From: an uncultured delta proteobacterium
Lineage (GTDB): Bacteria > Desulfobacterota > Binatia > Binatales > Binataceae
Length of the DNA: 64,000 nt
NCBI GenBank assembly: GCA_963793115.1
Contig: CAWBYV010000020.1
Location: forward strand, 70,124-134,123
Reading direction: 5' to 3'
Within the stretch, counting starts at the first letter, position 1, and the number at the start of each line of letters is the position of its first letter. The notes beneath the pieces are model-generated. The model had not been told where the DNA came from. It made no database searches and saw nothing but the letters and a program-made list of their open reading frames with translations. This document shows positions 57,590 through 64,000 of the stretch, one piece after another. The translations under genes were made by a program, and so were the position numbers.

Positions 57590-58328
57590 CCGAGGAGCGG
57601 ATCCGCGAAATTCTGGGCCGCGTTGCGTCGCGGCCGGACCAGCGCGGACGCGGCGCTCGAAGCGCTGCGCCATCTGCCCTTCGAGGATCTCGGCTTCGCC
57701 AGGCTCGATCGCCATCGCAGCGCTGCGCCGCGGCGTTCCCGAGGTGGTTTTCGGCGAAGGGAAAAGCGCGGCGCAGATCGCGGCGATCGGCGCCCGTGTG
57801 GTGGCCTCGGGCGACAACCTGATCGTCACGCGACTTGCCGCCCGACAAGGCCCGCGCCCTCAAGCGCAGCCTGCGCACGCTCGACTATCGCGCCGAGGCG
57901 CAACTCGGCATGATCGTCGAAGCGACCGCTTAAGACCCGCGGCCACGGAACCGTGATGGTGATCAGCGCCGGGACTTCGGATCTTCCGGTGGCCGAAGAG
58001 GCGGCGCTGTGCGCCGAGGTCTTCGGCAATCGCGTCGAGCGGCTTTACGACGTCGGCGTCGCCGGACTCCATCGCCTGACGGCGCAACCTCGAATCGATC
58101 AAGTCGGCGAGCGTGCTGATCGTGGTCGCCGGGATGGAAGGCGCGCTGCCGTCGGTGGTCGCCGGGACTGCTCGACAAGCCGGTGATCGCGGTTCCGACC
58201 AGCGTCGGCTACGGCGCCGCATTCGGCGGCCTCGCGGCGCTGCTCGGGATGCTCAACACCTGCTCGAGCGGAGTGACGGTGGTGAATATCGACAATGGAT
58301 TCGGCGCGGCGCTCGCCGCCACCTTGAT
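57586..58328 (+). pseudogene. larB: LarB-like nickel-pincer-cofactor biosynthesis protein (AIR-carboxylase fold), several frameshifts
   Basis: Fragments [108 protein letters not shown] and [44 protein letters not shown] lie in different frames. The 3' end is approximate. Confidence 0.65.
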
Positions 58329-58386
58329 AAACCGGGTTGGAGAGCCAAACCGCTCGGAGAAACCTCGCGGGAATCCGCGCGGCGTG

Positions 58387-59715
58387 ATGGCCGAAGCGCC
58401 AAGCGCGAACTCACCAGCGGCCGCGCACGGCGCGCGATCAAGATCGGCGAGCTCGCCTCGCAGGTCGGTTCCAGCTACCTGTGGACCTCGATTCGCAGGC
58501 CGTTCCTTACCGCGCACGCGCGCGAGCGCGAGCTGCTCGACGCGCACATCAAGAACGCCCGCCGAATCGTCGAAGGCTCGACGCATCTGCGCGGCGCGTT
58601 CCTGAAGCTTATCCAGATGCTCTCGATGCGCGAGGACTTGCTGCCCGGCCGAGGCGCTCGAAGTGCTCAAGGCGACCCGCTCGGGCGTGCCGCCGATGGA
58701 CTACGCGACGATCGCGGAGCAGATCCGGCGCGGAGCTGGGCAGGCGGCCGGAGCATCTGTTCGCCAGCTTCGAGCAGACGCTTTCGCCGCCGCCTCGCTC
58801 GGCCAGGTCCATCGCGCGCGGCTGAAAAGCGGCGAGGAAGTCGCGGTCAAGGTCCAGTATCCCGGCGTGGACGACACCGTCGAGCAGGACCTGAAGAACG
58901 TGAAGCTCCTGCTCAGGACCTTCCAGGGGATCGCGCGCGACCTGATGCGCCAGAAGGTCGATACGCGCGCGCTCTACAGCGAGCTTCAGGAGCGCCTCAG
59001 AGAGGAGCTCGACTACGTCAACGAGGCGCGCAACATGACGCTCTTCGCCCGGCTGCTCGCCGACGACGACGAGATCGTGATCCCGCGGCCATGCAAGGAA
59101 CTGTGCTCGCGGCGCGTCCTGACCATGACTTACGTCGACGGCTATGAGCTCAGCGACGTGCTCTCGCCTGGCACCGACGAAGAACTGCGCCGATGGGTCG
59201 CCCTCAAGTACTTCAAGCTGGTCTGGCGGCAGATCTTCGAGTTCAGCGTGGTGCACACAGACCCTCATCCGGGCAACTACCTGGTGAGCTATCATCCGCG
59301 GCTCGGGATCCTCGATTTCGGATCGGTCCGCCGCTTCGGCGAGCCGGTGCGGCAGGCCCATCTGCAATTCGCCCACGCGCTGCTCGACAACGACGCGCGC
59401 TCGATCGGCGGCGCACTGGTAAAGCTCGGCTATCTGGATCGTGACGACGATCCGGCGCCGATGGTCGAGATCGTGCGAATCCTGTTCGAGCCGGTGATGG
59501 TCGAGGGAGTCTTCGATCCAAAGGAATACGATTCGGTCGCGAAGGCAACCGCGGTCGGCGAGATCGCGTTCGGCACAAGCTCTACAAATCGCCGCCGCAC
59601 AGCGTGTTTCTGCTGCGCGCGCTGATCGGGATGGAGGGGATCATCCGCGGGCTCGGCGATCCCGGGCGACTACCGCTCGATTTTCCGCGAATGCGTCGAA
59701 GCGGTCGCCGCCTGA
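58387..59715 (+). pseudogene. ABC1/UbiB (AarF) atypical kinase family protein, several frameshifts
   Basis: Fragments [92 protein letters not shown] and LYKSPPHSVFLLRALIGMEG lie in at least three frames. The stop TGA is at 59713-59715. The start is tentative. Confidence 0.7.
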
Positions 59716-59764
59716 GCGCGCCGCCGCTGGCGGGCCGAGGCGGTCGCCGCCCTCGAGCGCCATC

Positions 59765-60580
59765 GTGACGCCCGCTTCCGCCGCATCAGAGAGCCGGCGC
59801 GTATCGGGCGAGCAGAGCTGCGCTGGGCTTCATCAACGAGGTCGGCTTCTGCGCGGCGTTCACACCCGGACTCGGTGTGCCTGCCTGCGCGAGGCGATCG
59901 CGGGCGAGCGCGAGCCGGCGTTACCGGAACATTTGCAGCACGACTATGCGATCGGAATGACCTGGCGAATCAAGGACACGCCTGCCGGCGAAGCGGCTGG
60001 TCTACTATGGCAAGGTGATCGGCGGGCGGCCCGGTTTCATCGCGCTCGATCTGCTGCCGGCGTTTCTGCGCTTGCGCGTCGAGCCGGGCGGATGGCGAGC
60101 GCTGTATCGGCGCGGACAACTGGGGCATGTGCGCGAAGCTCGTGATGGATGCGCTCTCACGGCGCGGGGCGGCGGAAACGCGCGCGCTCAAGCTGTCGAG
60201 CGGGTTTGCGCAGCCGTCGCGGCGCGCTGAGTTCGATCGCGCGATGAAGGAGCTGCAGGGAAAATTCCTCGCGCTCAAGGTCGAGGAGCGCTACGAGCCT
60301 TTCACCTACGTGTGGGACACGATGGAGCATCGATGGGCGAACGGCGCTCAAGCAGGCGCGAGCGCTCAACCGCCGCGAAGCCGCCTACGCGATCGCGCGG
60401 CGCTACTTCGAGGTTGCGGGTTACGCGGCAGAGAAGGCTGCGGCGCGGCTTTTGGGAATCGATCCGGCAGGATTGGAAGCGGCTTCGCGCCGCCTCGAGC
60501 GCGACGGTGTGATCGTGCGCGGCGCCCGCCTCGAGGGGATGGCCGGGACTTACAACGTGCTCGCGGAGTTCGTTGAGTAG
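59765..60580 (+). pseudogene. conserved hypothetical protein, at least three frameshifts
   Basis: Coding-looking fragments in alternating frames: CLREAIAGEREPALPEHLQHDYAIGMTWRIKDT, KRLVYYGKVIGGRPGFIALDLLPAFLRL, AKLVMDALSRRGAAETRALKLSSGF ... KFLALKVEERYEPFTYVWDTMEHRW, REAAYAIARRYFEVAGYAAEKAAARLLGID ... NVLAEFVE. Family not recognised and start uncertain. Confidence 0.4.
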
Positions 60581-60595
60581 GTGGGTTCCAGGCAA

Positions 60596-60782
60596 CCCTC
60601 ACCCGCGCCGCTTCGCGGCGCGCCCTCTCCCTGGTCAGGGAGAGGGATCAGGAGTGATCGACGCCAGCCTCTAACACCTTCTCGCGCATCAGAGAGAGGA
60701 ACTAAGGGTAACGGGCGCCAGCTTGTGGCGCCTCTCCCTGACCAGGGAGAGGTCGGCGAGCGCCGCGCTCGCCGGGTGAGGG
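60596..60782. repeat. pair of REP-like elements in inverted orientation between convergent genes
   Basis: The left copy (60596-60646) reads CCCTCACCCGCGCCGCTTCGCGGCGCGCCCTCTCCCTGGTCAGGGAGAGGG. The right copy (60729-60782) is its approximate reverse complement (GCGCCTCTCCCTGACCAGGGAGAGG ... GCCGGGTGAGGG). They are separated by about 80 bp. Confidence 0.75.
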
Positions 60783-60802
60783 TAGACTGAGCCTTCGCTG
60801 CT

Positions 60803-62065
60803 TCAGTTCAGCGCGGACCAGACATCATCGCCGAGCTTGCGGCCCTTCAGGTCGCCCAGCAGGACCATCCCCATCCGACGAGGCTGGATGCAGATGTTGG
60901 CCAACTCGACGATCTGGTCGTTGGTGACCTGCTCGATTCCCGACGCCACTTCCTCGAGCGGGATGTCGCGGCGGTAGTAGATCTCGTTACGCGCCAGCCG
61001 GTTCATCCGCGCGTCGGTGGATTCCATCCCGAGCAACATGTTGCCCTTGATCTGGCTGCGCGCGCGCGCCAGCTCATGCGGCTTGAGACCCTCGCGCACG
61101 ACCTTGCGCAGCTCGCCGAGCGTGACCTCGATTACCTCGTTGACCCATTCGGGATTGGTGCCCGCGTAGACCGCGAAGTAGCCGCAATCGATGAAAGACG
61201 CCATGAACGAATAGATGCTGTAGACTCGGCCGCGTTTCTCGCGCACTTCCTGGAACAGCCGCGACGACATGCCGCCGCCGAGCGCGGTGTTCAGCACGTA
61301 GGCGGCGTAGCGCAGTTCGTGAGTCTGGCTGATGGCGGGACCGCCGATGCAGAGATGGGCCTGCTCGAGCTTTTTTTCGCGGTTGAGGACGCCGGGCCGC
61401 TCGGCAGCGGGGCTGATCTGATCGGGCCGGCCGTCGCCCGCAACCGCCGCGAACAGCCGCTCACAGCGTTTGACCAACGCGTCATGATCGACCATTCCTG
61501 CGGCTGCGATAAAGACCCGGCTCGCGCGATAGCGCGCGGCCATGAAAGAAGTCAAAAGCTCGCGATTGATAGCGTTGACGGTGCGCTGCGAGCCGAAGAT
61601 CGGCAGCGACAGCGGATGGCCCGCCCAGTAATTCTCGTTGAAGAGATCGTGGATCGAGTCGTCGGGGGTGTCGTCGGCCTGCGAGATCTCCTGCAACACG
61701 ACCTGGCGCTCGCGCTCGATCTCGGCGGGATCGAACACCGAGTCGAGAAAAATGTCGGCCAGCAGGTCAGTCGCCATCGCGAGGTCCGCGCCGAGGACCT
61801 TGACGTAGTAGCAGGTGTATTCCTTGCCGGTGAAGGCGTTGAGCACGCCGCCGACCGCGTCGATCTGTTCGGCGATCTGCGCCGCAGTCCGGGTTTTGGT
61901 GCCCTTGAAGAGCAGATGCTCGATAAAGTGGGAGACGCCGTTCTCGTCGGGCTGCTCGTAGCGCGACCCGTTCTCGACCCAGATGCCGATAGTCGCCGAC
62001 ACGACCTGCGGCATCGGCTCGCTCAGGACCCGCACGCCGTTGGAAAGGACGCTTTTATTTATCAT
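60803..62065 (-). CDS. M16 family (pitrilysin/insulinase-like) zinc peptidase
   Basis: Start MINKSVLSNGVRVL (ATG complement at 62063-62065, inside ORF 60803..62137). The inverted zinc motif HFIEHLLFKGT and downstream E (NAFTGKEYT) are present. Its position directly downstream of pnp is typical. Confidence 0.88.
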   Translation of the reverse strand: MINKSVLSNGVRVLSEPMPQVVSATIGIWVENGSRYEQPDENGVSHFIEHLLFKGTKTRTAAQIAEQIDAVGGVLNAFTGKEYTCYYVKVLGADLAMATDLLADIFLDSVFDPAEIERERQVVLQEISQADDTPDDSIHDLFNENYWAGHPLSLPIFGSQRTVNAINRELLTSFMAARYRASRVFIAAAGMVDHDALVKRCERLFAAVAGDGRPDQISPAAERPGVLNREKKLEQAHLCIGGPAISQTHELRYAAYVLNTALGGGMSSRLFQEVREKRGRVYSIYSFMASFIDCGYFAVYAGTNPEWVNEVIEVTLGELRKVVREGLKPHELARARSQIKGNMLLGMESTDARMNRLARNEIYYRRDIPLEEVASGIEQVTNDQIVELANICIQPRRMGMVLLGDLKGRKLGDDVWSALN

Positions 62066-62078
62066 CCCGAGAGGCCGC

Positions 62079-64000
<1,922 letters not shown>

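Noticed and set aside
10502-60782. CRISPR array formed by the repeated CCTCTCCC...GGGAGAGG palindromes.
   Set aside because: The copies are single or paired and tens of kb apart. They are not regularly spaced with unique spacers, and no cas genes are present. They behave as dispersed REP-like elements.

Overview
High-GC, densely coding bacterial chromosomal segment of about 60 genes. Gene content and synteny look proteobacterial or deltaproteobacteria-like. I recognised no rRNA, tRNA, CRISPR array, transposase, integrase or phage gene. The window starts inside glnA and ends inside pnp.

Housekeeping blocks: mutL-miaA-accA and pheA-hisC-tyrA-cmk-rpsA-ihfB on the + strand, and an M16 peptidase-pnp pair on the - strand.

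Accessory content:
- a small membrane/stress patch: two HdeD/DUF308 genes, a PRC-barrel protein, a rhomboid and a truncated P-type ATPase;
- three type II toxin-antitoxin pairs: PIN, Doc/AbrB and HicBA;
- a ChlI/MoxR-like AAA+ ATPase plus vWA protein pair, followed by an orphan beta-class DNA methyltransferase;
- a peptide-type ABC importer without ATPase genes, next to TPR and LolB-like lipoproteins;
- a divergent pair of GT-C membrane glycosyltransferases;
- the prkA-yeaH-spoVR triad.

The most unusual item is a tightly packed, partly translationally coupled operon of a LuxE-like synthetase, a LuxC-like reductase, a class-III aminotransferase and thiL, with no luciferase genes. It reads as an uncharacterised carboxylate -> aldehyde -> amine module.

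Two sequence-level peculiarities stand out. First, many well-conserved genes, including essential ones (rpsA, accA), are broken by single-base frameshifts, with an extreme concentration between about 55.6 and 60.4 kb. This points to indel errors in the assembly or, less likely, real decay. Second, a dispersed family of REP-like GC-rich palindromes built around CCTCTCCC...GGGAGAGG occupies at least six intergenic regions, and several 12-30 bp tandem duplications lie inside or at the edges of genes.

All family assignments come from motif recognition in the translated ORFs. No database search was run.
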